In this document: positions 50,866-63,900 of the stretch, piece after piece | How positions within the stretch are numbered: the first letter of the stretch is position 1 | How the letters are laid out: each line of letters opens with the position of its first letter | NCBI RefSeq assembly: GCF_032191835.1 | Contig: NC_083228.1 | Location: 78,430,001 to 78,494,000 of the forward strand | Length of the DNA stretch: 64,000 bases | Source of the DNA: Heteronotia binoei | Lineage: Eukaryota | Reading direction: 5' to 3' | Notes under the pieces: model-generated | Database searches by the model: none | What the model was told of the DNA's origin: nothing | Seen by the model: the letters and a program-made list of their open reading frames with translations, nothing else | Position numbers and translations under genes: made by a program

Positions 50866-51599
50866 GAAAAGTAATTGTTGGATATATGAAACACATGTTT
50901 ACTCTTTTCTATACACAGAATAAAACAAACAAATCTGTTGTGGCTTATGAGAAATTCAGGATAAAAGACTGCATAAGAGGCTGGTTAAGAGATTAATAGT
51001 GCCATCCTAAACAATATTACATCATTCTAAAGCCACTGATTTGAATGGGTTCAGAAGGAAGTAACTATGTTTAGGATGGCACTGCAAACTTGCCTATTCA
51101 TCTAGAGGCTGTATGAGGATTGCTGTTCCCCTGGAAACAATTACAACAGACAAGTGGAGCAGAGCAACTGCAGCTGCCAGCCATCAAAACATGCTTATAG
51201 CAGATCCTCAAGCTGTCAGGCAATTCTGCCCCATTCTGCACCTTGTAGAACTGGGCATACACACTTTATCAGGGATACCAGGTTGGTATGGTTCAAACAG
51301 CCAAGGGCAGCATACATTCCTCTATGTTGCTCTTTGGCTCATACGGAAAGATTTCTCATCAGTTATTTGCATCAAGGCTGGTGCTATCTGTCTGTGGCTC
51401 AGGTCCACATGCCACATCCGTGCCTTTAACACAGTGTCAACTGCATTCCCCCAACGCTCCACACATAACCCCTACAAATCAGTTACTACCAACTTCAACG
51501 CTAATCTCCACAGTACTCTAGTTTTAGCCTTTAATTCTCCTTCTGGCCAAGCTTCGTTAACCGAGTTCACGTCCTCGCAGTATCCTAAAGTCAGGCCAT

Positions 51600-52200
51600 G
51601 CAGCCCGAAACCACGCCCATCTAGCCAAGCTCTCGCCGCTACTACTGCTCACTAATGCATCTCACAATCACCGATCTTCTCTACACGGCTCCTCTCAACA
51701 GCAGCCCCTCTCGAATGAGTTCGTAAATCTCCTACCGCCTCATCCTAGGTGACTTCAACGCGACCCCAGGCATTCCCGGCACGCCTCCCTTCATCCCTCC
51801 TTCCTAACGGCCGCGCCCCTCACCTGGCTTCCGAGCGTCTCAGCAGCGACCACCAGCCCCAAACCCCTCCGCTCTCCCCCCATCGGCCACCGCCTCTCTC
51901 TTTCTCTTCACTCCGTCAGCTCTGCCAGGCTTTTTCCACCACACCCGCCACCGCGAGCAACCGTCCACCAGGATCTATCCCTTCACTTCGTTGGCTGTTA
52001 CCCAGGCAACCAGCAGTAAAGCAGCTACTCATTGCCCAACCTTCCCGCTACCCTCCCCCGCCCTTCCCTTGGCAGCCATCTTACTGAAGGGCAAAAAAGC
52101 TTCCTGCAATTATACGGCCATGCTTATGAGGGGCAAGATCCCCTTTTCGGTTTCTATTGGCGCCGAGGGACTGCCATATTGAGACCCTCTTCTGCTTTCC
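51600..52200 (-). promoter_or_regulatory. MORN4 CpG island/promoter
   Basis: CpG-dense; X-box 51997-52010, YY1-like GCCATCTT ~52076, GC box ~52056, CCAAT (ATTGG) ~52156. Confidence 0.7.
51824..52080 (-). other. MORN4: Probable MORN4 non-coding exon 1 (5' end approximate)
   Basis: CpG-rich; minus-strand donor CCAG|GTGAGG at 51824/51823; next acceptor is 37938. Confidence 0.6.
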
Positions 52201-52468
52201 TCTGAGGGAAGGTTGTTTTAACAGTTCTTAGTATACGTAATTCAAGGCAGAACGGGGAAATGCTGAAATAACCAGAGCAGTCAGAGAAATTTCTGCGGTC
52301 AAGGAAGCCTTTACAATACAAACCGTTATCTGGGTATTGTAATAAATAATAACATTAATAATTTAAAAAACTTATTTCTGTTTTCTTTTTGACCATTGCA
52401 CAGATTTTACCTGTTTGGATTTTGTGAGAAAAGATTAAAATGCAACGTATCAACTATGTCATTTCAGA

Positions 52469-52680
52469 TAGGGTTGCCAAACCTCCAGGTAATAGCTAAA
52501 GATCTCCCACTATTTCAGCTGATTTCCAGGAGATTATATTTTACCTGGAGAAAATGGCTGCTTTGGAAAGTGGACTGTAAGGTATTATACCCCACTGAGG
52601 TCCCTTCCCTCTCCAAATCTCGCTCTCCTCAAGCTCTACCCCAAAACCTGCATATATTGCCCAACCTGGAAGTGGCAATA
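52469..52680. mobile_element. TAGGGTTGCC-end hAT MITE, degraded
   Basis: TAGGGTTGCCAAACCTCCAGG start; same family as 63073-63833. Confidence 0.7.
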
Positions 52681-52689
52681 TATTTTATG

Positions 52690-52870
52690 TTATTAGGGTT
52701 TGTAGAATCTTTCAGGATCAAGTGCCGTGTTCTACTGGAGAAAGTTTTCCTTCCAGACGTTTCGTTCTCAGCTGCGGAGAACATCCTCAGTTGCAGTGCA
52801 GCTGCAACGCCACTTGATCCCGAAAGATTCTACAAACCCTAATGATGTTACCAGCCGTGAAAACCTGAAA
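52690..52870. mobile_element. Penelope-like inverted pseudo-LTR element
   Basis: 32-bp inverted repeat 52693-52724/52811-52842 (1 mismatch) enclosing a hammerhead motif. Confidence 0.75.
52753..52793 (-). ncRNA. Minimal type I hammerhead ribozyme motif (Penelope type)
   Basis: Minus strand CAA-CUGAGGA-U-GUUCUC(cgcagcu)GAGAAC-GAAA-CGUC-UGG: intact core, 6-bp stem II, palindromic ACGU stem III, GUC cleavage triplet; stem I has one mismatch. Confidence 0.7.
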
Positions 52871-53698
52871 TCTTTGATATTTTATGTTACATCTATATTT
52901 TATAGCAGAATTTTTATTCAGCAGCATACTGTTTATATTGTCATCCCTTGTTCTTCTTTCATGTCCCTTGATCCCCAAACCTAAGGAGTTCCTGGTGACT
53001 GCATTCCTGGGGGCTTGGCAAGAGTGCTGGTGGCAGGTCCTGGGCCCCACAACTGGGGCCAGATGGTAGTGGGGTCCATGACACTCACCACATAGCACCT
53101 CAATGTCATAGCCACCCACCACCATGGTGTGTGTGTGTCACCACCTGCATGATGGCCTCCACTCCAGGTAGACCCTCCTTCACTGCCTGCTCATAGGGGG
53201 TACCCACAGCAGTGTTTTCTCAGCCTTGGTCCATTTAGACTGGCAGGGGCCATCACCTCTACTAGATATTGCTGCAGCCATGCCACCCACACACAGGGGA
53301 ATGCAGAGGTGGACCAAAGCAGTGTGGTAAGACTATGATCCCCCCCTTCCTGCTCTGTTCCCCCCATATTCCCACCATGGCCATCACCCAGCAGGGCGCT
53401 GGGGATAAACCCGCAGAGAAACAGGGTGGGTAGTGCTCAAGGGAGGGTCCAGCACCAGCCACATGGAAGAACATGCTATAGACTGGCTGATGCATTGTGA
53501 ATACTGCCCCCATTTTTCGCAGGGCCTGGCCAGCCACTTTCAGGATGGTGCCTCCTTCTGCCTTTGCCACCCATACTAGGTGTTCCTCACATTCACTTAC
53601 CAGCATTTTATGTCTGGGTGGCACAGCAATGGTAGAGAAGGCACCATGCCCACTGGTAGCAGGCTCGCATCAGTACCTCATGTCAGTTGGACAGCACC

Positions 53699-54117
53699 TG
53701 CCTCTATTGGTTTGGCCTGAATAGAGCTACCATCTATGCCCTGTTCAAGGAGCGGGGGCCATCACTCTAGGGCCAACCTCCCTCATCCCATGCCATTCCT
53801 GTCTTGCAGAAGGTCCTGCTCATCCTGAGGTTCCTTGCCATCATTTCCTTCCCAGAGGTTGTGGCGGAGGGCCTCAAGGTTTCTCAGTCCTTGGTGAGCT
53901 GCTCCCTGCACAACTTTCTGGATGCCATGCCCACCGACCTACAGGATCATGTGTGCCTTCTCAAGGAGGCCCCCATCAGGGAGGGTTTTTGGCAATTGCT
54001 GGCTTCCCCAACATCATCAGCACTGTGGACAACACCCACATTGCTCCCCGGAGGAGCTGCAGCTTGCAAGTCTACACTTCTACAGCCTCAATCTTCAGGC
54101 CTCCTGCAACCACCAGG
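53699..54117 (+). mobile_element. Harbinger/PIF transposase relic
   Basis: LNRATIYAL..SHAIPVLQKVLLILRFLA..VSQSLVS, then FLAIAGFPNIISTVDNTHI and FYSLNLQASCNHQ (HARBI1-like DDE motifs) across frameshifts; truncated by hAT MITE at 54118. Confidence 0.85.
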
Positions 54118-55864
54118 CAATGTTCCCTCTAAGCCGTGGAGTGCTGTGAGCAAAAAACTACTTCGTGAGCCAAAAGAACTACTACCATTAAAATTATGAG
54201 CGAGCCTACATTTTACTATTATGTAAATTCATTTTTTAAAGAAGATTATTACCATAACTTTGTAAAAATCTCAGAATGAATTCTTTTAAACTATATTTTA
54301 AGAATGATTTAAACATTACAAGTGAAGACAGAATAAAGTCGAATTTCATTACAGAAAAGGTTTTAAGACTTTTTAAAGATTCAGGGGAATTATAAAGTCA
54401 GTTTACAGATACATTACAAGAGAAAAATAACAGTTTCCTCCAGCAGAGTGCCTAGAAATAAAATGTTCATGACAGATTTCAGTTTTGTGGTGGGCAAATG
54501 CAGAACCTTTATGGGTGGTTGGTACACAATAAAAACATAATGGATTAATTTGAGAAGACAGTATTATTACCTTTTGTTCTTTAAATAATTCTTCCCTTTG
54601 TTGCCTTTATTTTTCAAGGCCGATTTTTCTCTAACAAGCCAAAATAATGAAGAAGCAGGGTTGGGGGAGAAAAATCAAAGTGTGATTGCTTGCAGCCAAG
54701 AAGGAACATCTGCACTGAATCTCTACACAGCTACTTTACTAACAAAAACTTGGAGGTATGGAAATAGTATCCAATTTTTTCCTAATCTAAATTCGCTTCT
54801 AGGTAAAATTAAAGGTGCTGGTTGTTATCTATGTAGTTGACGATATGTAAAATGAGGACTCATGGATTATGAAGAAGACATCTGCATGTTCACAACTGTT
54901 ACAATTGTCTGTGTCAAGCCAAACTGGGACTTTCTAGCTATACAAAACCCATTGGTTGTAGCCTGCAGCATACAGCAACCAGATCTTTACCAGTACATTG
55001 CAGAATCAAGCAATATTGGGCAATCACCACTTCATGAGCTTAGAAGCCTGGCAGGTTTGTGCGTCTGAACTCCCAGTTAATTAGAAAAGTTAATGGGTTC
55101 AAAGACAGCCTTGGCAAAGTTGTTGACCAGCAAATTTAACTTCCTGCAGTGAGTTAAATGAGGGTGAAGAAAGAGAATCCGAAGAACTGCTGCGAAGGCT
55201 AGGGAATGACATTACATACATTTCAAGGTTAGGAGCTGTTTATGCTGCTTGCTTTTCTGGCTCTTTGCTTCGGCCTTCCTAGAGGTTGGGGATTAAATTG
55301 GCCCCAGCAGCCCCTCCTGCTGACTATGGAAGACACATACAACCTGCTGCAGAGCCATGTAGCCTCTAGCAGTGGCCAAGCTATTTGCCTTTTGTGTGCT
55401 GCTCCATAACAATAAATAGTGCCACTCCCCCCACCCAAACATTCAGCTTGCACTGAAGCTCCACTGGTACTCAGCCACAGCACAGCTGCACTGACAGTTG
55501 TGAGCTGTGCAGTGGTGCTAGTGTTCTGCACCAGCATAAATGGTCCTTATGCCAGGGTGACCTGGAGTTATGCTGGCGTTCAGGCCAGTTGACTCCTTGA
55601 GCTAATTCCATCCCTCTTTAGGATTGTGCTATTTGTCACCTATTTCCAACATCCAATTTTTTGACAATATATGTCTACCAGTCATCTAGTTCTCTTCTTC
55701 ATATGTGTTACTTTCTATTTTTTTTTACCTTTTGAAAGATTTAAACTAAAGCACAGACACACAAAAATGGTGCAGATGTTGCTGGTGGGGCACCACCTCA
55801 GATCATAGTCTGGCAGACCTCTGGACCTGCAGTCATGACTGTAGAGGCAGAGCTTTTATGCTTT

Positions 55865-55985
55865 TAGCTTGTATTTTAGCTGTTTATATTGTATTTTTAA
55901 TCTTGTTTTTATTGTCTAATTTTTGATGGAACCCACCCTGAGCCTGCTTTGTGGGAAGGGGGGATATAAATTTAATAAAACAAAG
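55865..55985 (+). mobile_element. L2-type 3' end fragment
   Basis: CCACCCTGAGCCTGCTTTGTGGGAAGGGGGATATAAAT resembles 45581-45625. Confidence 0.6.
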
Positions 55986-56166
55986 GAAAGGAAAGGTCTC
56001 CTGTGCAAGCTGGGTGCTCATTTTACCGACCTCGGAAGAATGGAAGGTTGAGTCAACCTCGAGCTGGCTACCTGAAAACCCAGCTTCCACCGGGGATCGA
56101 ACTCAGGTCGTGAGCAGAGCTTAGGACTGCAGTACTGCAGCTTTAACACTCTGCGCCATGGGGCTC
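55982..56166 (-). mobile_element. Sauria SINE, internally deleted
   Basis: Head GAGCCCCATGGCGCAGAGTGTTAAAGCTGCAGTACTGCAG; lacks 115 bp between two GCAAGC. Confidence 0.88.
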
Positions 56167-56703
56167 TTGTAATAGATCAAATAACCAAGCAAATGAATAA
56201 ATGATGTGACCCAGTTGTGATCACAACCGGCAAGCTGTGGGAAGGAAATTTACTAGGGTTGTGGGTATTGGATGAACATAAGATCCATTACCACTGGAAG
56301 GCATGTGATACCTTATTACAGAGGATAGGTAAATATCAGGCAGCAGATCAAAGAATTATTATTTTCTTCTTCCCAATGACCTAGAATTAGGACTAACTGA
56401 AGCCATACTGGTAAACTATGGATCATATGGGTCTTCTGTACATTATAGGAAACAAGTAGTAATGTAAGATTCAGCAAAAGGACCTAGACTTATGTACTGT
56501 TCATCTCCTATTCAATATTTCATGCATCAGAGGAAGAGGCAAACCTTACATTGGAAATGTGGATGCCATATGCTTTTCCATATTGGCTGCATTTTCTGTT
56601 TAAGCCTTCACCTTGCTGTCGTTGCAAGCACTGTTGTTTCATTGTGTGTGTGTTATTTTAGCAGTGGTTTATTTGCAAAAGATCATATTTCACATTGAGT
56701 TAA

Positions 56704-56997
56704 AAAGGTAAAGGTAGTCCCCTGTGCAAGCACCAGTCATTTCTGACTCTGGGGTGACATTGCATCACAATGTTTTCATGGCAGACTTTTTATGGGGTAG
56801 TTTGCCATTGCCTTTCCCAGTCATCTACACTTTACCCCCAGCAAGCTGGGTACTCATTTTACTGACCTCGGAAGAATGGAAGGCTGAGTCAACCTTGAGC
56901 CAACTACCTGAACCCAGCTTCCTTCGGTATCGAACTCAGGTCGTGAGGAGAGCTTGGACTGCAATACTGCAGCTTACCACTCTGCACCACAGAGCTC
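56704..56997 (-). mobile_element. Sauria SINE, full length (BovB-related tail)
   Basis: tRNA head, GGCAATGGCAAAC body, tail GACTACCTTTACCTTT. Confidence 0.9.
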
Positions 56998-57419
56998 ATC
57001 ACATTGAGTTAGATTTGTCTATAATTTCTTCAGTAGATTGTGGCAGCCATGTTGGCTCCAAAGTCTATAAAATACAAAATAGGTAAAAGAATATACTCAA
57101 TGGGACTAATTTCCTGATGAAAAATTCTGTGAAGCTCTAAAGATTGTGCATGGGCATATTGGCATGGGCATATTGTTCTGAGTACAGTAATGTTTCGTGT
57201 AGTTTCTATTTTTTTAAATATCTGCCTGGCCAGTGAAGGAAAGCAGAACACTCCTGATCCCATTGCTTTGTACAAGTTATTATTTTAAAATGAAAAGACA
57301 AAGCCTCAACCTTTTCATGGCTTCCTTGGTAGAATGTGTTGGGAAGCCACAACTGAAAGGAAGAGCACTGAGTCAAACATTCAATTTATGGTCCAGGTGA
57401 GCAGGTGTGTTGATATGAA

Positions 57420-57585
57420 GCAGCAGAACAAAGTTTGAGTCCAGTGGCACCTTTAAGACCAACAAATTAAAGCTTTTGTGAGCATCCACAAAGTATCTGA
57501 AGAAGTGTGCACACACACAAAAGTTTATACCTAGTTTAAAATTTTGTTGGTCTTAAAGGTGCCACTGGACTCAAACTTCTACTCC
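57420..57585. mobile_element. Penelope-like inverted pseudo-LTR dimer
   Basis: Perfect 36-bp inverted repeat 57431-57466/57543-57578; internal CTGAAGA-AGTGTG..CACAC-ACAAAA decayed hammerhead. Confidence 0.75.
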
Positions 57586-58199
57586 ATTTTTGAAAATTCT
57601 AGATGTCGTAGTCAGATTATAGCAGGCCGTAGAAATGTTGGAAGACTACATCATTATAAAAGTATCAAAACAATTAAAAATTTTTTAAAACAAGCATTCT
57701 TCTCAATATTTCAAAAGAATCAAGGATGCAAGTGAATGGACAGGATGGGGAATTTCCAGAAATGACTACAGGCCTAGCACAAAGAAACAATATTATACAA
57801 TAACGGTTATGCAGTCCAGCAGCTAAACAGGAAGATAAAAGCAAGATGTACTGGGGTGTGTGTAGTGAAGTACAGGACTTCAGACAATTTGTATCTTCCT
57901 TCAAAAGTTAAGTGAAAGGAGAACATGACACAGGCAACTTTTAGCTACCAGTTAACAGCTGTTCTAGAATCTGTATAATCTACCTAGGACAAATCTGGTG
58001 CCTGGTTCGTTTTGCAGAACACACCACAGGATATGGTTTGCTCTCTCCGTTGAAGGAAAAGTTTGTGGGTTTGCAATGTAACCTATGTATGTGATTTCTA
58101 AAATCAAGATAGTAACAACAGTGAAAGGAGGGATTGTTTAGCAAATAGCCAGTTCGTGGTCATTTGGGTTTTTTTAAATAATGGAGAGGTGGGACGAGC

Positions 58200-59227
<1,028 letters not shown>

Positions 59228-59821
59228 TGAAGATGTGTATGGGAAAGTGTGCATGGCCGGGGCGGGGTGGGGGGGAATAACCTAAAAGAAGGGTGCCTTC
59301 ACTTTGCCAATGACAGCTCTGCCTTCTATGGGGATGGAGTGTGCATGCATGTATGCAGTGCATCTATGTCCAGCTCTGAAGTACCATGTGTTTGGGAGGG
59401 CGGGGGGTGGGGGGAGACTCACTTGCCCATTATCAGATGGAGCCAATCCCTTACCTATCTCTCCTGGTTGGTGTTCCTGTGCATCTTTCTTTTGTGGCCT
59501 AGGAGGTAATTTGTTCTTTAGGGTTTGGGGCTTGATCCTCACGGTGCATGATATCTGGATTACCTTAATGGCTTTATATGCTGTATAGGTAAATGCACAC
59601 TATTATCTGTTCATTAAATAGATGTATCCAACTCATCTGACAGAATCAGCCAGATGCAGGCCTTATTTTCAGACAGGACAGATTGAAATATAATTGTAAT
59701 GAATGGAGCAAATTGCCAATATTATGGCACAGTTTTCATAAAGCAAATGTAGTAACAGTGAGAAGGTTGCATCAGTGTTTTATGGCATAATTTCGGATTC
59801 ACTGATAGCCTGTGAACATAA

Positions 59822-60480
59822 TTGCAGGTGGGTAGCTGTGTTAATCTGTAGCTAATGCTGGAGTAATGTTGTTAGTCTTTAAGTGAACTTCTGTGGACAC
59901 AGGAGTAGTATAAGTTAATTGTATTTGAAGAATAAAATTAGGGGCATATTGAGATGCTTCTGATAGCTGGATGGAAAGTATCTGGAGTGTGTGGAATGAC
60001 TTGTCCATGATATTGGCATGCATTTGTGCCAGTCCAGTGTCTGTTGTCCTGAATGGGTAGACCCCTCATTTGTGTAGGTAGAAGGGTATCTGGGTTATTA
60101 CCCAGCCCTGGAATTTGTTCTGGCTTCTTGGACCTCATTATAAGTTTTTCAATGATTGGCTGACTTTCTGGCTATGAATAAGGTAGTAGATTTGTCATTG
60201 TATGTTATTGGTTCAGAGTGCTTGGTAAGCTTTTAAGATGCAGGAATGTTCCACAGAGTTTTTACACTGGAAAATAATATGGGTTGGAATTAGATGAGCA
60301 TAAGGTGATTTGCCAATAATATGTGTTCCTGTTGGAACGTTTGAGATAGTTCCAGGTATAGGATTGTTTTGTAATACTTCTTGAGAGCCTCTTACTTGTG
60401 GTGCAAGAAAGCTTACTAACTTGGATGTAATCACACTACAGCTGGACAGGAGTACCTCCACTTTAAGTACTTGCTAGTGC
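59822..60480 (-). mobile_element. Possible old Penelope-like body fragment
   Basis: GGTAGCTGTGTTAATCTGTAGC resembles PLE end; minus-strand TLFIARKSANH.KNL..RSK weakly resembles PLE linker. Confidence 0.3.
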
Positions 60481-61510
60481 AAGATCTGTTTATTTGTAAG
60501 GCAAATAATTCTGAAGGAGGAGGCTATTGGTCAGTGAAAAACAGCTGTTCAACTTCTCTTCCTAGTAACCTACTCTTTTGACATTTTTTTTAAAGTAAAG
60601 CTCAGCAGATTTTGCTTTTAGGCCCCAGACTGTCTATGAAAGCTGGCAAGAGCTCAGAAACATGAAGGGGTTGATTTAGGAATGGAAAGTGGAAAGATTT
60701 AGGCAGGTCTACTGTGTAGAAGCCTGAGTGTAGTGTAAAGTATTGTTTTCAAATTGCCCCTTGTTGGGAAAAATTTAAGCCAGCCCTGCTGGTTTTGACC
60801 CAGCTTTCAAATCTCTCAGTATCATGAACTCCTTTAGTAGTATCCCATGAACAGTGTTTGATGGCTAATAATATACATGTTTGGCATCCAGGTTTTTAGA
60901 CAGTGGATTAAAAGTTCTACAAAGTGTGGAATATCAACTGCTCTGTTGCTGTTTTAAATGGCAAATGCCATATTTTTTGTTGTAACTCTGTAAATTGCTG
61001 TCTGCATTAATGGTGCTACATAGATGTTGTTAAGAATATGATGGGAGAAAATGGGATCGTATGCATCAGATTGGGTTAAACCTTCTAAGTAATAAGCATT
61101 CCCAAGCAGGGGAACATGTACTCCAGAGAAACACTATGCTTCATGTCACTAAATGTTCTTAGAAAAAATAGGTTTGCTTCAGGGAAGGCCAATGTGTATG
61201 TATTTATTTATGCTTGTGCATGCTCTGGAAAGGGGACCTTTTGTATTACCATGTGCCCTAGTTTTAAGATTCTGGCCCATACTGTTTTTATTTATCACAC
61301 ATACATGTTTTTTTATGCCATGTGTCCTCAGAACTGTTTACAAAAGATAAAAAATGTGGTACTGGATTCTGTGCTCTTGACTTTGCCTTATGGAGCTTAT
61401 ACCTCTGCCTGCAGGGACTTGGGAACCTAATTTTGTGCTGGGTTCAACTTGGTGAATAAGGGACTTTTGAATAACTAATCAAACTGCAAATGGTTTACTG
61501 GAGTGGCATG

Positions 61511-62253
61511 TGTCATGGATCCAGTCAGCTGCCATGCATTCTCCAGACCTGTCCTGTGTGAGAGCTGATTGTGCTGATGGTGCACATGTCTTGTGGCTCT
61601 CCTTGTGACCCACCATAACTAACCAGACTAAGTTTCACTTCCTGCTTCTCTGTCTCCAGTGTTAACTGTATGAAGCCATCTCACCCACATGCCTTGCCAT
61701 TTCTTGCTGTTAGCAGTCCGGCCAGATTTTTCCCCTGGTTCTAGCTCTGAATTCTCTTCCCTTTTTGGTTGGTTCAGGAGAACTGCTGCTAGGATGAATC
61801 AGACTGACCTTTGCACTGCTGCTTTAGGCAGGCAGAAAGCAGATGAATTGTTGCAGCATCATTTCTTCCAATTTTGTTGATTACTAGAGAGGAGCAATTG
61901 TAGTTGGTGTTCAGCAGTAAGGATAAGACTTCTGGGATGATTGCCCGCTCCTGGACCTTGTCTGTCTACATGTACATAGAGATGATAGGACAGTGTGTGT
62001 GGGAGAATTAACTAGCTTTCTGGGAAGTGGACTGTGTTTGTTTGCTGGGAGTGTTATAATCTATGCTATTGACCCTGCATTCTTTCTCCTAACGGTAACA
62101 CAATCTCTTTGCGTGCTGTGCACCATGCATTAAATTAAGAGTTATCTTGTGTACGTACTTGGCAGGTGTGTGTATCAAATGTATAGGTGAAAGATCTTTC
62201 CTAAGCAGTACTTGCTGTTGTCAGGGCAGAAGGCAGTATATTTCTCTCTGACA
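61511..62253 (+). mobile_element. Possible solo LTR
   Basis: TGTCA...TGACA termini, TATA-like ~62053, ATTAAA ~62129; flanking 5-mers match only 3/5. Confidence 0.3.
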
Positions 62254-63072
62254 GTCTGAGGGATCAGGAAGTACAAGGGAAAATGTCAGGTAGTTGCCAT
62301 TGTGTATCTCATCTAAGTTTACAGGGAGACTGAATAATATTCTCTTTTCAAGAATGAGGTTGGCCTGTTACTGGTGACATTTTGCAGAATTAGGCGGCCT
62401 GGCTAAGGGACAAACCTCTGTGGAAACTTGGATGTTCTCATCATAACAAATAGTTACCATTTTTTCCTCCCAACTATTTGCTATGATTCTGAATTCTACT
62501 TGGTGTTTTTAGAATTCTGTGCAAAAATACTATTATTTTGCCACCATCTAATTTGTGTTATGTTTCTGGAATAAATCGCGCAGACTTGCATTCTCGCATC
62601 TTTGCTCAGGTGAAGAATTTTCAGACCTGTTCACAAAATAGGAATAGATGGCAGCAATTCCTGCTTCAACATAAGGAGTAGTAAGTGTTGAGAAGCTTTG
62701 GGGATGGGGGTTGGATTTGTGCTGACTGAAGAAGCCCTGCCCACTTAGCATTCCTATGCTGATTTTCAGAGCTTTGACAGAAATATCTATGCATTTTCCA
62801 TGGTTTGGTGTGTAATCATGAGGTCTATAATGCTCTTTCATGAAACAAAGGCTCAAATCTCACAGTAGATGTCATGGCTGCCTCATGTGATGCAGCTTTA
62901 GCTATACTGAATGCTGGATCTGCTGGTAATGTTGCCTCAAACTGAGATGAGGCTATAGTATGTACAGTGTGATGCTTTTAGATAAGCAGCAATGAGATTA
63001 AATAGTCCTCCATCCAGTCTTTCCCCCTTCCTCTCCAGTTCATGAGAAGCCCTGGAAACAGTGTTGTTGAGG

Positions 63073-63833
63073 TAGATTTGCCAACCTCCAGGTGGGTAGA
63101 AGAGAAGAAATACCATGAATTAATAACTAAAAACCATTATGATGTACTATTTCAAATATAACCCATATTAATGTCAATATTCATTCCAAAATATATAAAA
63201 AGTCTGCAGAGTTCATTCCTACTCATATTCATTCACATAGTTCCAAAATCTCATACCCATTAGATGTCCCAACAAGTTCTGAAATATTTAAAGTGCTAGT
63301 ACCAGTCTTTTCAAGATTAAAGTGCAGCCAGCTTCTTTTTTTGTATTTTTTTTTTGTGTATGTGTACCTGGAACTCCTGTCGACCTCTAGTGACTGCCCC
63401 CTACTGGGGGCCTGGAAGATATTAAGGGAGGTGGCTGAATAAGCCTGCTTCCACCTCTTGACTGGGTATTTCAAGGACAGTCTCCCATCAACCATTTATT
63501 TTGGAATAAAATATTGACACATTAATATTGGTTATAAATATTAATTGAAATTGTACATCATAATGGTTGTTGGTTATTAACTCACAGTGTTTCTTTTGTT
63601 CTATCTTATTTCCGTGAATCTTTTGTTGTTGTTGTTGAACCGCCTGGAGATCTCCTGAGATTACAACTGATCTGCAGACTCAAGTGACAAGTTCTCCTGG
63701 AGACAGTGGGTTCTTTGGAGGGTGGACTTTGTGGTGTTATACCCCACAGAGGGGGTGTATGTGATGTTACACCTCTCCCCAGGCTCCACCCTCAAATCTC
63801 CCAGAACCTCCCAAACTGAAGTTAGCAACCCTA
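63073..63833. mobile_element. TAGGGTTGCC-family hAT MITE interrupted by a foldback element
   Basis: TAGATTTGCCAACCTCCAGG start, body resumes GCCTGGAGATCTCC at ~63642, end GCAACCCTA; TSD-like TGTTGAGG/AGCTGAGG. Confidence 0.75.
63098..63602. mobile_element. Foldback element with ~100-bp AT-rich imperfect inverted arms
   Basis: Arms 63098-63193 and 63497-63602 align as reverse complements. Confidence 0.75.
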
Positions 63834-63900
63834 AGCTGAGGCTGTCAGGTTGATATGGTCAAGTACCGTGCGGTGGCCCTGACCTGACACAAACTATCAT

